Source: Macrostomum hystrix (Eukaryota; Animalia; Platyhelminthes). From it: DNA of 64,000 bases. The stretch is taken from NCBI GenBank assembly GCA_950097015.1, contig CATNEN010000003.1, positions 13,950,001 through 14,014,000 on the forward strand, written 5' to 3'. Shown one piece after another: positions 13,122-26,140 of this stretch. The stretch's first letter is position 1. Each line of letters starts with the position of its first letter. The translations under genes were made by a program, and so were the position numbers. Under the pieces are notes generated by a model, which saw only the letters and a list, made by a program, of their open reading frames with translations, was not told where the DNA came from and searched no databases.

Positions 13122-13172
13122 TGCCGGACCGCGGGCCAGATGCGGCCCTCGAAGCTCCCAAATCCGGCCCGT
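13122..13172 (+). mobile_element. Possible hAT-like terminal remnant
   Basis: ccggaccgcgggccagatgcggccc...atccggcccg resembles the cggcccgcgggcc..tgcggccc subterminal motif of hAT non-autonomous elements. No partner end or TSD found. Confidence 0.35.
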
Positions 13173-13195
13173 TGCCCCATTCGACTCCTATAGTA

Positions 13196-14450
13196 TCCTG
13201 TCTCATCTCTCCCGTGTCTCATCTCTCCCGTGTCTCATCTCTCCCGTGTCTCATCTCTCCCGTGTCTCATCTCTCCACTGTCTCATCTCTCCCGTGTCTC
13301 ATCTCTCCCGTGTCTCATCTCTCCCGTGTCTCATCTCTCCCGTGTCTCATCTCTCCACTGTCTCATCTCTCCCGTGTCTCATCTCTCCCGTGTCTTATCT
13401 CTCCCGTGTCTCATCTCTCCACTGTCTCATCTCTCCCGTGTCTCATCTCTCCCGTGTCTCATCTCTCCCGTGTCTCATCTCTCCACTGTCTCATCTCTCC
13501 CGTGTCTCATCTCTCCACTGTCTCATCTCTCCCGTGTCTCATCTCTCCATTGTCTCATCTCTTCCCTGTATCATCTCTCCCGTGTCTCATCTCTCACCTG
13601 TCTCATCTCTCCCGTGTCCCAACTCTCCACTCTCTCATCTCTCCTGTGTCTCAACTCTTCCTTGTCTTATCTCTTTGCTGTCTCCTCTCTTTCCTGTCTT
13701 ATCTCTCTCCTGTCGCATCTCTTCTATGTCTCATCGCTTTCCTGTCTCATCTCTCACTGTCTCCTCTCTTCTATGTCTCATCTCTCTCCTGTCTCATCTC
13801 TCCCCTGTCTCATGTCTCCCATGTCTTATCGCTTTCCTGTCTCATCTCTCACTGTCTCATCTCTCCCCTGTCTCATGTCTCCCATGTCTCATGTCTCCCA
13901 TGTCTCATGTCTCGCATGTCTCATGTCTCCCATGTCTCATGTCTCCCATGTCTCATGTCTCCCATGTCTCATGTCTCCCATGTCTCATGTCTCCCATGTC
14001 TCATGTCTCCCATGTCTCATCTCTCCCATGTCTCATGTCTCCCATGTCTCATGTCTCCCATGTCTCATCTCTCCCATGTCTCATGTCTCCCATGTCTCAT
14101 CTCTCCCGTGTCTCATCTCTCCCATGTCTCATCTCTCCCATGTCTCATGTCTCCCATGTCTCATGTCTCCCATGTCTCATCTCTCCCATGTCTCATGTCT
14201 CCCATGTCTCATCTCTCCCGTGTCTCATCTCTCCCATGTCTCATCTCTCCCATGTCTCATGTCTCCCATGTCTCATGTCTCCCATGTCTCATCTCTCCCA
14301 TGTCTCATGTCTCCCATGTCTCATCTCTCCCGTGTCTCATCTCTCCCATGTCTCATCTCTCCCATGTCTCATGTCTCCCATGTCTTATCGCTTTCCTGTC
14401 TCATATCTTACTGTCTCATTTCTTCCCTGTTTCATTTATCCCGTGTCTAA
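13196..14450. repeat. Pyrimidine-rich minisatellite, 16-bp unit
   Basis: gtgtctcatctctccc, then catgtctcatgtctcc. Same family as 49670-50376 (reverse complement). Confidence 0.95.
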
Positions 14451-15269
14451 TCCTGTCTAATCTCTCACTTGTCTCATTTATTATTGTCTCATTTCTCCCC
14501 TTTCTCATATTCCTACAGGTAATACAGTTAAGACTAATAAGTTTGCCGACCCCTGAGCTCTAGTTATTGTTAAAAATTTTCTCCATCAGTTGTGACAGTA
14601 AAAATAACATTGTCTACTTACTAAACTACAGGCAAACAAAAATTTTGTATTAGGAAATGAAAAAATTGCTTTGCCAATGCTTCAAAGGTTGGGGATTAAT
14701 ATAATTTTATTCTTTGAGAAATAATTTCTTTATTTGGGCTTCAAAACACACACGCACAGTCCTATGCGTACTGCATTGAGCCTTTGTCAATCTCAAATAT
14801 CCCAAATCCCACGCGCTATCTTTTAATTAAAAGCGGCACTAGTGGTAAAAAAATGGGTCGCATTACAATTCATACTAAAGAATTAATAATATTCATTCCG
14901 TTTATTTTTACTTACCATAAACAGAGGAAATGAGATTTTGAATAATAAAAGCAGAATATAAAGTATAGATTCAGAAGAAACGTGTGTGTGTATGTGATTG
15001 TGTGTGAGCGAAAATCGGTAATGAGTATCATATTGCACTTCTAGTGTTAGGTTTTACCTTCACATCGACGTATATATAGCTCAGTGCAGGATGTGGGATG
15101 ATGACAGTTCTGTCAGTCTTCGATTTTCCTCACGCCTGGTTAATACTGTTCAGCTATGTATACTATTGAATATTCTAAATTCACTGCTTTGATTGTTACA
15201 GATCAAATAGTCATGGGAGTTTAAATGTGACTGCCGTCTCGTATTTGGATAACGAGGTAGTAGAAACCC

Positions 15270-15627
15270 ACATCCTCAGTTTGTGATCCGAATCCTCCCT
15301 GATCATCATTTTTGGATCCCAGTCCTCGCACATCCTCAGTTTGTGATCCGAATCCTCCCTGATCATCATTTTTGGATCCCAGTCCTCGCACATCCTCAGT
15401 TTGGGATTCTTATCCTCCCAGATCCTCAGTTTGGGATTCTAATTCTCCCAGATCCTCAGTTTGGGATCCGAATCGTCCTAGATCCTCAGTATGGGATTGT
15501 AATCGTCCTAGATCCTCAGTTTGGGATTGTAATCGTCCTAGATCCAGAGTTTGGGATTCTAATCGTCCCAGATCCAGAGTTTGGGATTCTAATCGTCCCA
15601 GATCCAGAGTTTGGGATTCTAATCCTA
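15270..15627. repeat. Minisatellite, 30-bp unit
   Basis: Unit gatcctcagtttgggattctaatcgtccca. Confidence 0.92.
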
Positions 15628-16032
15628 CTAAATATATCAAAAAGCTCTTACGAATATTCGTATTACAATCGCCCAAATCCCAGTCTATTTTCAGTTGTTA
15701 TTTTTTGTAGTCTTCAGGATTAAATTGACACCTTCCCATATTCGATGTCTGCAGTTTGGAAATGAATTAGCTTTTTGCTCAACTTTCTAATCTGAGCGGA
15801 AAATTCTAGGAATAGAATATATGGCGCTCCTGACAGCAACACCTAATTTATTACTCTAATCTTTCTTGTAAAACACGCATTTGCAAATGATTTGATTGAA
15901 ACTCAATCCGGGTGATTCGGATAATGAAACAACATTTCCTACGTTTTCGTTCACTCAGTGAAAAATTAGATTATCTTGCTTTGACAAACTGCAAATATTT
16001 CTCTCAGAAAAATATATTTCTCAGTTGCTTAA

Positions 16033-16880
16033 GCTCCTCAGAATGAGTAGCTCAAGTTCCCAGATCCTCAGAATGAGTAGCTCAAGTTCCCAGATCCTCA
16101 GAATGAGTAGCTCAAGTTCCCAGATCCTCAGAATGAGTAGCTCAAGTTCCCAGATCCTCAGAATGAGTAGCTCAAGTTCCCAGATCCTCAGAATGAGTAG
16201 CTCAAGTTCCCAGATCCTCAACATGAGTAGCTCAAGTTCCCAGATCTAGCTCAAGTTCCCAGATCCTCAACATGAGTAGCTCAAGTTCCCAGATCTAGCT
16301 CAAGTTCCCAGATCCTCAGAATGAGTAGCTCAAGTTCCCAGATCCTCAGAATGAGTAGCTCAAGTTCCCAGATCCTCAGGATGAGTAGCTCAAGTTCCCA
16401 GATCCTCAGAATGAGTAGCTCAAGTTCCCAGATCCTCAGAATGAGTAGCTCAAGTTCCCAGATCTAGCTCAAGTTCCCAGATCCTCAGAATGAGTAGCTC
16501 AAGTTCCCAGATCCTCAGAATGAGTAGCTCAAGTTCCCAGATCCTCAGAATGAGTAGCTCAAGTTCCCAGATCCTCAGAATGAGTAGCTCAAGTTCCCAG
16601 ATCCTCAGAATGAGTAGCTCAAGTTCCCAGATCCTCAGAATGAGTAGCTCAAGTTCCCAGATCCTCAGGATGAGTAGCTCAAGTTCCCAGATCCTCAGAA
16701 TGAGTAGCTCAAGTTCCCAGATCCTCAGAATGAGTAGCTCAAGTTCCCAGATCTAGCTCAAGTTCCCAGATCCTCAGAATGAGTAGCTCAAGTTCCCAGA
16801 TCCTCAGAATGAGTAGCTCAAGTTCCCAGATCCTCAAGATGAGTATCTTAACTTCCCAAATCATTAGGATGAGTAGCTAT
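16033..16880. repeat. Minisatellite, 30-bp unit with 19-bp deletion variants
   Basis: Unit cagatcctcagaatgagtagctcaagttcc. Confidence 0.97.
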
Positions 16881-16925
16881 AATATAAAAGTAAATATTTT
16901 TACTGTTTGTTTCATTTCTTATATT

Positions 16926-17143
16926 GAGGGTGGTGAGTGGCAAAGCGGTTAACGCGTTTGCCTCTCGCACCAAGGTCCCTAAGCTCGATTTCTCGGCGAG
17001 GCAAGCCTGTGTGAGTCTGTGCCTGCGTACAGTATCTGTGTGCGTGTGTGCTCAGGAGTCAGCGAAATGAGCAGAATTGCCCCCTCGCTGGCTGCGGGTC
17101 TAGTGTCACCAAATGATGTGCCATTACCGCAGCCCTCCTGCAA
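16926..17143 (+). mobile_element. tRNA-derived SINE family 1, short copy lacking the central block
   Basis: Head gtggcaaagcggttaacgcgtttgcctctcgcaccaaggtccc and body cctgtgtgag...gctggctgcgggtctagtgtc are nearly identical to 42834-43210. Confidence 0.8.
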
Positions 17144-17226
17144 ATATTATTAATACATTTGCTATGATTCCAGAATAACTAATCTAAGCTATTCATAATC
17201 CCGCATAAAAATATCTGGCATTTCAG

Positions 17227-17801
17227 ACCGCAGCCAGTGGACATTGTCGCCGGACAATGAGGATCTAAACGCTAGCCTAAGAGAAGATTTCTATTATGAT
17301 CAAAGTCCCAGCTCTAGCTTAGCTAATGCCCTGTTAGAGATGCATTCGCAGCCTTCTGAACACCTGCTGAAATTGTGTGACCAATTATCTGAATACCTCA
17401 GCCCGGTCGATCGCTTTGGCACACCAAATCCTGAGGTGGATTATCCCCTACTGTTGGAAACAATACGAGCATTGCTATTTAACGCCAAAGTCAATTGCAC
17501 AGCCGGCAATGATCAAAGCGGTGTGGAACAATGCGAACTGTATCTGGGCCGTGTGGATCTGATGACATTGTTAGTTAAGCACAATTATAACGATTTGCCG
17601 AAACTGTCCACCCTTGGTAGTCAAAGGACGCTTCAATTGCTGAGAGATCGTCTGCTTCGTCACGAGCGATTGGATCTGGCTCTGCAGGTTTCTACTAAAT
17701 GTAATCTGGACCCCACCGGAGTGTGGTTCGCCATGGGTGTGCGCGATCTGAGCTTGCACGGATTGGAGAAAGCTAGAGAGAAATTTGACAGGTGTTTAAA
17801 G
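17227..17801 (+). CDS. ZFYVE26: ZFYVE26 coding exon (conserved post-FYVE region)
   Basis: Acceptor tttcag|, donor |gtaaga; phase 1 in, 0 out. WTLSPDNEDLNASLREDFYYDQSPSSSLA, NPEVD, LRDRLL..E...LALQVSTKC.LD..GVW and AREKFDRCLK match spastizin C-terminal signatures. Confidence 0.93.
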
Positions 17802-17874
17802 GTAAGATTGATTACATTTACCTTTTTTCAAACCTAATATTGTGTGTAATTCTCGGCTTTCTAAAAGCATTCGC

Positions 17875-19210
17875 ATCCGACCTCTTAAAAGCGGCCCTCT
17901 AAAATTCCGCCCTCTTAAAATCCGCCCTCTAAAATTCCGCCCTCTAAAATTCCGCCCTCTAAGAATCCGCCCTCTAAAATTTCGCCCTCTAAAATTCCGC
18001 CCTCCAAGAATCCGCCATCTCAATATCCGCCCTCTTAAAATCGGCCCTCTAAAATTCCGCCCTCTTAAAATCTGCCCTCTTAAAATCGGCCCTCTAAAAT
18101 TCCGCCCTCTTAAAATCCGCCCTTTTAGAATCCGCCCTCTAAAATTCCGCCCTCTAAAATTCCGCCCTCCAAGAATCCGCCATCTCAATATCCGCCCTCT
18201 TAAAATCCGCCCTCTAAGAATACGCCCTCTTAAAATCCGCCCTCTTAAAATCGGCCCTCTAAAATTCCGCCCTCTTAAAATCCGCCCTTTTAGAATCCGC
18301 CCTCTAAGAATCCGCCATCTTAAAATCCGCCCTCTAAAATTCCGCCCTCTTAAAATCCGCCCTTTTAGAATCCGCCCTCTAAGAATCCGCCATCTTAAAA
18401 TCCGCCCTCTAAAATTCCGCCCTCTAAAATTCCGCCCTCTAAAATTCTGCCCTCCAAGAATCCGCCATCTCAATATCCGCCCTCTTAAAATCCGCCCTCT
18501 AAGAATCCGCCCTCTAAAATTCCGCCCTCTTAAAATCTGCCCTCTTAAAATCGGCCCTCTAAAATTCCGCCCTCTTAAAATCCGCCCTTTTAGAATCCGC
18601 CCTCTAAAATTCCGCCCTCTAAAATTCCGCCCTCCAAGAATCCGCCATCTCAATATCCGCCCTCTTAAAATCCGCCCTCTAAGAATACGCCCTCTTAAAA
18701 TCCGCCCTCTTAAAATCGGCCCTCTAAAATTCCGCCCTCTTAAAATCCGCCCTTTTAGAATCCGCCCTCTAAGAATCCGCCATCTTAAAATCCGCCCTCT
18801 AAAATTCCGCCCTCTTAAAATCCGCCCTTTTAGAATCCGCCCTCTAAGAATCCGCCATCTTAAAATCCGCCCTCTAAAATTCCGCCCTCTAAAATTCCGC
18901 CCTCTAAAATTCTGCCCTCCAAGAATCCGCCATCTCAATATCCGCCCTCTTAAAATCCGCCCTCTAAGAATCCGCCCTCTAAAATTCCGCCCTCTTAAAA
19001 TCCGCCATTTTCAACTCCGCCCTTTTAAAATCCGCCCTCTAAGAATCCGCCCTCTAAAATTCCGCCCTCTTAAAATCCGCCATTTTCAACTCCGCCCTTT
19101 TAAAATCCGCCTTCTTAGAATCCGCCCTCTAAGAATCCGCCATCTTGATATCCGCCCTCTAAGAACCTGCCCTCCTAAAATCCACTATCTAAAATTCCGC
19201 CCTCTAAAAA
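17875..19210. repeat. Minisatellite, 15-bp unit with a 465-bp higher-order duplication
   Basis: Variants ccgccctctaaaatt and ccgccctcttaaaat. Confidence 0.97.
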
Positions 19211-20024
19211 CTTTTCTTCGTATTAGAGATCAAAATATTTCAAGTGTGTTGTTACTTTACCGAAAAAAAATAATTTCTGGATTTGTCGTACCTTAGTAGA
19301 TTATATAACACACAGAGTTATTCGCATTTTTAACATAGCTCTTCCTAATTAGGTTACCTTTTATTCAAATTCGTCGTTTTTTCCGGACTTTAACTACGTA
19401 TTTCCGGGTTTGTCGTTTCTCCAGATTTTTTTTCGGAGTTTCGAGTTTGTCGTTTCTAGTAAGTTTTTCTATCGTTCTGATTGGTTCGTATATTCAAATT
19501 AAATAATTATTTTTATTTAGGTTACTTTTTCAGTCTTTTTGTACTTCTCCGGGTTTGGCGTTTTTTCTCGACGAAGTTGTCGTTAAGTATTTCATAGAAT
19601 TTCTACGTTTTAGAACGTTTTAGAATATTGGGTCGATAAAGTCTTTAAAATGATGCCCTGACAACAGAAGCATTTTAGCATTCCATCGCATGTCGTTTAA
19701 AACCATTGTCGATGGGCTAAAGGATGTTTGCCACCTGAATTTCCTTATTTGGGAATTTTTCGCTCTCTATCTATAGTTTTCCCTATTAAGTAATGCGTAA
19801 GTCTGTCTATTGTTTGCCTGTGTCTTCCCAATTCTGCTTTATTCCTCTCCTACTTTGCTTTTTAAGTGTCATGCGTTCAACCATTCAACTGGCTTCTGTG
19901 AGGTTGAAAGGAAGGCATTGGCAAGAATAGGAAATCGGAAAAGTGCAAATCTTATTTACAATCGCGTGTTTTTTCAACTTTTATTACCTCTGTTTATTGC
20001 GAATGCGCTAAAGGCAACATGCTA

Positions 20025-20730
20025 AAACTGTTAAAACTGATCAAACCCGAAAATTTACAAATCTGAAACTGTACAAACTGTACAAACCTGAAACTGTGCA
20101 TACCCGAAACTCTACAAACCCGAAACTGTACAAACCTTCAAATTTACAAACCTTAAACTGTACAAACCTGGAACTGTACAAGCCTAAAATTGTACAAATC
20201 TGAAACTTTCCAAACCTTCAAATTTACAAACCTGAGACTGTACAAGCCTGAAAGTGTACTAACCTGAAACTGTACAAATCTATAACTGTACAAACCTGAG
20301 ACTGTACAAACCTGAGACTGTACAAACCTGAGACTGTACAAACCTGAGACTGTACAAACCTGAGACTGTACAAACCTGAGACTGTACAAACCTGAGACTG
20401 TACAAACCTGAGACTGTACAAACCTGAGACTGTACAAACCTGAGACTGTACAAACCTGAAACTGTGCAAATCTATAACTATAGAAACCTGAAACTGTACA
20501 AACCCAAAACTGTACAAACCTGAAACTGGACAAATCTAAAACTGTACAAATATAAAACTGTACAAATATAAAACTGTACAAATCTAAAACTGTACAAACC
20601 TGAGACTGGACAAACCTGAAACTGTACAAATCTAAGATTGTACGAATATAAAACTGTACAAACCTGAAACTGTACAAACCCAAAACTTTACAAATCTGAA
20701 AATGTAAAAATCTAGAAACGATTGAAACTA
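20025..20730. repeat. Minisatellite, 16-bp unit
   Basis: Unit aaacctgagactgtac; homogeneous centre, degenerate edges. Confidence 0.95.
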
Positions 20731-21779
20731 AAAACAAAAGTGGGGTAGAGTGGGTTAAGGAGGCGCCAGTTATAAAGGAGTGGGGGTGGGTGTCAGTGGG
20801 GGCATTCCGATTTCAGTGGGGTGGGGCTGGCGCGGCTGGCGGCGAATATCTAATGTTATTTGGTTGTTTAAATAAAATTAATATATTTTATTCAGGTAAA
20901 ATTTCAAGGTCTAAAATAGCGGAATTTACATACAGATAGGTCGATGCAAATTCTAGCTTACTTGGTCTTATGCGCAGTTAAATTTATTATGAAAGTCTGT
21001 CTAGTGTTAAAACCAGTCGACTGTTAGTTTAGTTTTAGTAAAAGTTTTCAAAAATGCGAGCTTGTCTGAAAAGCGGACATCCGAACATAAAAGGATACTT
21101 TAGCTTGCCTTCAAGCCTTTAAACCGGTTTTTAAAGTCTATTTTCGTGGAAGAAAATTGTAGCTCGTATGTCTCAATGTTTTTTGGTTTGTAAATACCAG
21201 GTTATAACAACAGGTTAATATATTTATTTTCAAAATTATTAAAAGTTTAAACTGTGTTTACAGTTGTGTTTGCGATAATTTGAAAGTTGATTATCGTTAA
21301 TTAATTATAATTAAAAAACACTTACACTTATAATTAAAACAAATTAATTAAACAATAGAGTAAGTTTAACCAATATTGTGTGCTTGAATAGTTCAAAAAA
21401 AGAAGAAGCTGATGTACATTTTTGCGAGCGTTGGGCCATTAATTTTGTTTGTAATATCGATTTAATTTTACGTTAATAATCGTTTGTACGCGTTTATGAA
21501 TGACAAGTAATATTATGATATCGATAAGTACAGTAATAACAGGTTCAAAATGGAAATAGTTACTTTTAGCATAAATAGTTTTATTTTTTTAATCTAGAAA
21601 ACAAGGTTATGATTTCTAAATAAAAACAAAAAATAGGTAAAGCATGAAAACAGTATAGTACTATTAAGAATAACAAGTAAACAACTAATTAAAAAACTCA
21701 ACGATGAAAAAAATAGTGTAAGTCTACTCGACCCAGATAGCGCAGTCATGAAGCTTAAAATTTTCTTCACACCCCAATG

Positions 21780-22330
21780 CCCGCTGCTCTGACACCACTT
21801 TAACACCTCGAGACCCCCCGCTCTGACACCACTTTAACACCTCGAGACCCCCGCCGCTCTAACACCACTTTAACACCTCGAGACCCCCGCCGCTCTGACA
21901 CCACTTTAACACCTCGAGACCCCCGCCGCTCTGACACCACTTTAACACCTCGAGACCCCCGCCACTCTAACACCACTTTAACACCTCGAGACCCCCGCCG
22001 CTCTAACACCACTTTAACACCTCGAGACCCCCGCCGCTCTGACACCACTTTAACACCTCAAGACCCCCGCCGCTCTGACACCACTTTAACACCTCGAGAC
22101 CCCCACCGCTCAGACACCACTTTAACACCTCGATACCCCCGCCGCTCTGACACCACTTTAACACCTCGATACCCCGCCGCTCAGACACCACTTTAACACC
22201 TCGATACCCCGCCACTCTGACACCACTTTAACACCTCGATACCCCGCCGCTCTGACACCACTTTAACACCTCGATACCCCGCCGCTCTGACACCACTTTA
22301 ACACGCCGAGACCCCGATGCTCTGACAAAA
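21780..22330. repeat. Minisatellite, 35-36-bp unit
   Basis: Unit ctttaacacctcgagacccccgccgctctgacacca. Confidence 0.95.
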
Positions 22331-22529
22331 ATTTCTTACCTCTAAATCTCCGCCGCTCTGCACTTTAAAACCTCAAAACCCCCACCGTTTCGACACAATT
22401 TTACTAACTATACGATATACATCCATAGAGGCATTTCACAAACCCGGAATTTCGCAGCATCGAACGACACTCTTTCATCGGAACGAAATTTAAAAGTTTC
22501 GTAGGGTATAGCTTTTTTAAAAGCTTCAG

Positions 22530-23150
22530 GGCCGAAACTTTAAGACAGTGAACTTTCAGGGAACAAAACTTCAAGAAGTGCAACTCCAGGGAACAAAACT
22601 TCAAGAAGGGAAACTTCAGGGACAAAACTTCATGGAAGCGAAATTCCAAGGAAAAAAACTTCAAGGAAAGGAAACTTCCGAGACAAAACTTCAGGGAAGT
22701 AAAACTTCAAGGACAAAATTTCAAGGAAATGAAACTTCAGGAAGGGAGACTTCAGAAACAAAACTTCTAGGAAGGGAAACTTCAGGAACAAAACTTCAGG
22801 GATGTGAAACTTCAGGGAAGTGAAACTTCAGGGAAGTGAAACTTCAGGGAAGTGAAACTTCAGGGATGTGAAACTTCAGGGAAGTGAAACTTCAGGGAAG
22901 TGAAACTTCAGGGAAGTGAAACTTCAGGGAAGTGAAACTTCAGGGAAGTGAAACTTCAGGGAAGTGAAGCTTCAGGGAAGTGAAACTTCAGGGAAGTGAA
23001 ACTTCAGGGATGTGAAACTTCAGGGAAGTGAAACTTCAGGGAAGTGAAACTTCAGGGAAGGGAGACTTCAGGAACAAAACTTCAGAAAGGTAAACGTTAA
23101 GGAAGCGAAACTCCAAGGAAAAAAACTTCATGGAAGGGAAATTTCGATGC
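22530..23150. repeat. Minisatellite, 16-bp unit, downstream of the GPCR stop
   Basis: Unit gaaacttcagggaagt. Confidence 0.95.
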
Positions 23151-23258
23151 TGTACAATTTTGACGTTGTGAAATTACGAGTTTTTTAAAGCGTCCTCATG
23201 CATAAAACTATGAAATACAAATAACAGATGTTCAAGTGATTTCGGTTCATTTCGATTG

Positions 23259-23605
23259 TCAAGTTCTGCCGGCCGAGTGACTACCTCGCGGTCCCATCGA
23301 CTGCAACAGCTGTTGTTGTCTCCGACGTTCTCTTAATCGTTTAGTATACCTGGCTAATCCAGTTTTAAAGGGCTTATACGTGCCACCGTAGATGAATGCA
23401 TTTAGACTAGTATAGATAATAGCAAACCAGGCCAGTACAAATTGACCAGACTCCGTCTGACTGCTGGCACTTTTGGCTATGACAATCTTGTAGAGAAAAA
23501 ACGGAAGCCAGCAGACTAAAAAGCCGAAAATGATGCACGCGTTTGTTATCCAGCCTCGAAGATTTGCTTTTGTTCGCTCCCATTTGTTCTGTAGGTTGCT
23601 GCCAC
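23259..23605 (-). CDS. Orphan class A GPCR, coding exon 2 (TM6-TM7 and C-tail; not in ORF track)
   Basis: Acceptor ctaaaag|GT, phase 1 matching exon 1. Hand translation GSNLQNKWERTKANLRGWITNACIIFGFLVCWLPFFLY...WFAIIYTSLNAFIYGGTYKPFKTGL...GRT* contains CWLP and an NPxxY-like NAFIY. Confidence 0.88.
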
Positions 23606-24231
23606 CTTTTAGAAGCGTAGGAAAAAAAATTATGTTTTCCTTAGAAAAATATTCCTATAATTAGAAGTTTTCCTGGAATTTTTCCGGTGTTTTCTAAGAC
23701 TTTCTGTTGATTACAGACTTTTAAAATCTGTATTCAAATTGGCCAGGACTTAAGAAAATAAATTCTACACTTTTGAAAGAAGTTTTTTAAGAAACAAAAT
23801 TTCGTTCACTATCTCAAATTCAAATTCGTGCGAAATTCCACAAGCGTGTTGTGACTGATGGTCCTGAACCCAAAATGGCCACATATATGTACCGCACAGC
23901 CTTTTCTGTGCCATAAAAATATCGCTAAAATAGTTTACGACCCACCTGACAGCCGAGTAGAAAGCAGAGAAAGCTAAAACGTCATAATGGATCGATTTTA
24001 AATCATTTTCCGTTATGGCTGTTACTTGAAATTCTTTTGTATTGGACGGCTTAGAACAGGGCGATTTCAGCAGTCTTCTTGTTAGAGCCTCGCCTGTGCC
24101 TCCGCTCAATCATCGTCGCCTTCACTTAAAAGCATCGTTTCAGATGCTGTTGTTAACACAACGTGTTTCTATTAATTATCACGTTCGGCACAGTTTCAGA
24201 GTTTCATAAGGCATAACTTCATCAAGATACT

Positions 24232-25250
24232 AAAGCTTCAGGAATGAAACTTCAGGGACGTTGAAACTTCAGGGAAGTGAAACTTCAGGGAAGTGAAACT
24301 TCAGGGACGTTGAAACTTCAGGGAAGTGAAACGTCAGGGAAGTGAAACTTCAGGGAAGTGAAACTTCAGGGAAGTGAAACTTCAGGGAAGTGAAGCTTCA
24401 GGGAAGTGAAACTTCAGGGAAGTGAAACTTCAGGGAAGTGAAACTTCAGGGAAGTGAAACTTCAGGGAAGTGAAACTTCAGGGAAGTGAAACTTCAGGGA
24501 AGTGAAACTTCAGGGAAGTGAAACTTCAGGGAAGTGAAACTTCAGGGAAGTGAAGCTTCAGGAAAGTGAAACTTCAGGGACGTTGAAACTTCAGGGAGTT
24601 AAAGCTTCATGGAGTTAAAACTTCAGGTGGTCAAAACTTCAGGGAGTTATAAAGATTCAGGTATTTAAAACCTTCAGGTAGTCAAAACTTCAGGGAGTTA
24701 AAACTTCATGGAGTTAAAACTCCAGGGAAGTGAAGCTTCAGGAAAGTGAAACTTCAGGGACGTTGAAACTTCAGGGAGTTAAAGCTTCATGGAGTTAAAA
24801 CTTCAGGTGGTCAAAACTTCAGGGAGTTATAAAGATTCAGGTATTTAAAACCTTCAGGTAGTCAAAACTTCAGGGAGTTAAAACTTCATGGAGTTAAAAC
24901 TCCAGGCAGTCAAAACATCAGGGAGTTAAAAAGATTCAGGGAGTTAAAGCTTCAGGTGGTCAAAACTTCAGGGAGTTAAAAAGATTCAGGTATTTAAAAC
25001 CTTCAGGTGGTCAAAACTTCAGGGAGATAAAACTTCAGGGAGTTAAAACTCCAGGCAGTCAAAACATCAGGGAGTTAAAAAGATTCAGGGAGTTAAAGCT
25101 TCAGGTGGTCAAAACTTCAGGGAGTTAAAAAGATTCAGGTATTTAAAACCTTCAGGTGGTCAAAACTTTAGGGAGATAAAACTTCAGGGAGTTAAAAAGA
25201 TTCAGGTATTAAAAAATTTCAGGTAGTCAAAACTTCAGGGAGTTAAAAGT
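24232..25250. repeat. Minisatellite, 16-bp unit family, in the GPCR intron
   Basis: gaaacttcagggaagt grading into aaaacttcagggagtt and cttcaggtggtcaaaa variants. Confidence 0.95.
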
Positions 25251-25302
25251 GTATGGAGTTAAAGTAGATGTATAAGTAAGACAGGTCCCCAAAAAGTCAT
25301 AC

Positions 25303-26137
25303 CTTTCACTTCTCTATCTGCACCATCGGTAATGGCTTGCTGCTGTCTTCCATATTGACTGCTGATTGGCACCAGCGGCACTGAACTATGCTGCATCGCA
25401 CGCATTCGTCTGATATGTCGCCTCGAAATCACCAGAATAGTACCATAGCCTCCGAACAGCATGAGTATTAGGATTAGGAATAGTACAATTCTCACAATGA
25501 GCAGACTAATATCTGGTTGATTACCAATGCGACAAGATTTAGTATTAAACATCAGAGTACTGCCAGTGAATTCGTAGTAATAGCCGCTGATTGGTATTAT
25601 TCTGGTTGGCAGGCAGCTCAGAATGGCTATTCCTAGCCAAATGCCAAGCACTATGCCAATTACTTTCCTTCTCGTCATCACCCTCTCATAGCTATAAGGC
25701 CAATTGATCTGGTGTAGCTTGTCAAGGCCGATACTAACAGTTAACAGTAGGCCGGTGGTCAATGCCAAATAGTACATCCAGGCACCAAGATCAAGTTCAA
25801 GACGCGAACTCGGCCCGTATCCAGTTACTGCGTAGCGAAACGAAGTGCAAAGAAAACATAGACCGGCGCTTAGATCACTAACAGCCAGTGCCACCATGTA
25901 GATGCACTGGTTGTTATGCAGTGCCGGAGTCTGCTTCACAACTATGATAATCACTAGATTGGTTGGTATAGCCAGCACTGAGATTAATAGTACAATGCAT
26001 GCTCGCCAAAGCGCGTTCTCGTCTTTTGACAATTGACCGCACCCGAAGCAGTCCTCCCATTCGATAGTCAGGTTCTTGATACAGATGCTCCTGTGAAATG
26101 ATGAATGATTGTATTTCATTAGCTGCCGGATTTCCAT
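25303..26137 (-). CDS. Orphan rhodopsin-like (class A) GPCR, coding exon 1 (TM1-TM5), nested in a ZFYVE26 intron
   Basis: ATG at 26137 (MEIRQL; alternative at 26119). N-terminal N-glycosylation sequons NHS and NLT, TM1 Asn, TM2 LAVSDL, TM3 end DKL...P.SY, TM4 Trp. Donor AAAG|gtatga, phase 1. Confidence 0.88.
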
Positions 26138-26140
26138 GAT

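Noticed and set aside
13172-14563. Three 400+ aa ORFs (CLISPVSHLSRVSSLP)
   Set aside because: A stop-free 16-bp repeat that is open in all three frames; no domain or splice support.
17796-19296. 484-aa and 380-aa basic repeat ORFs on opposite strands
   Set aside because: A 15-bp unit, a multiple of 3, open on both strands by chance; it is an intronic array.
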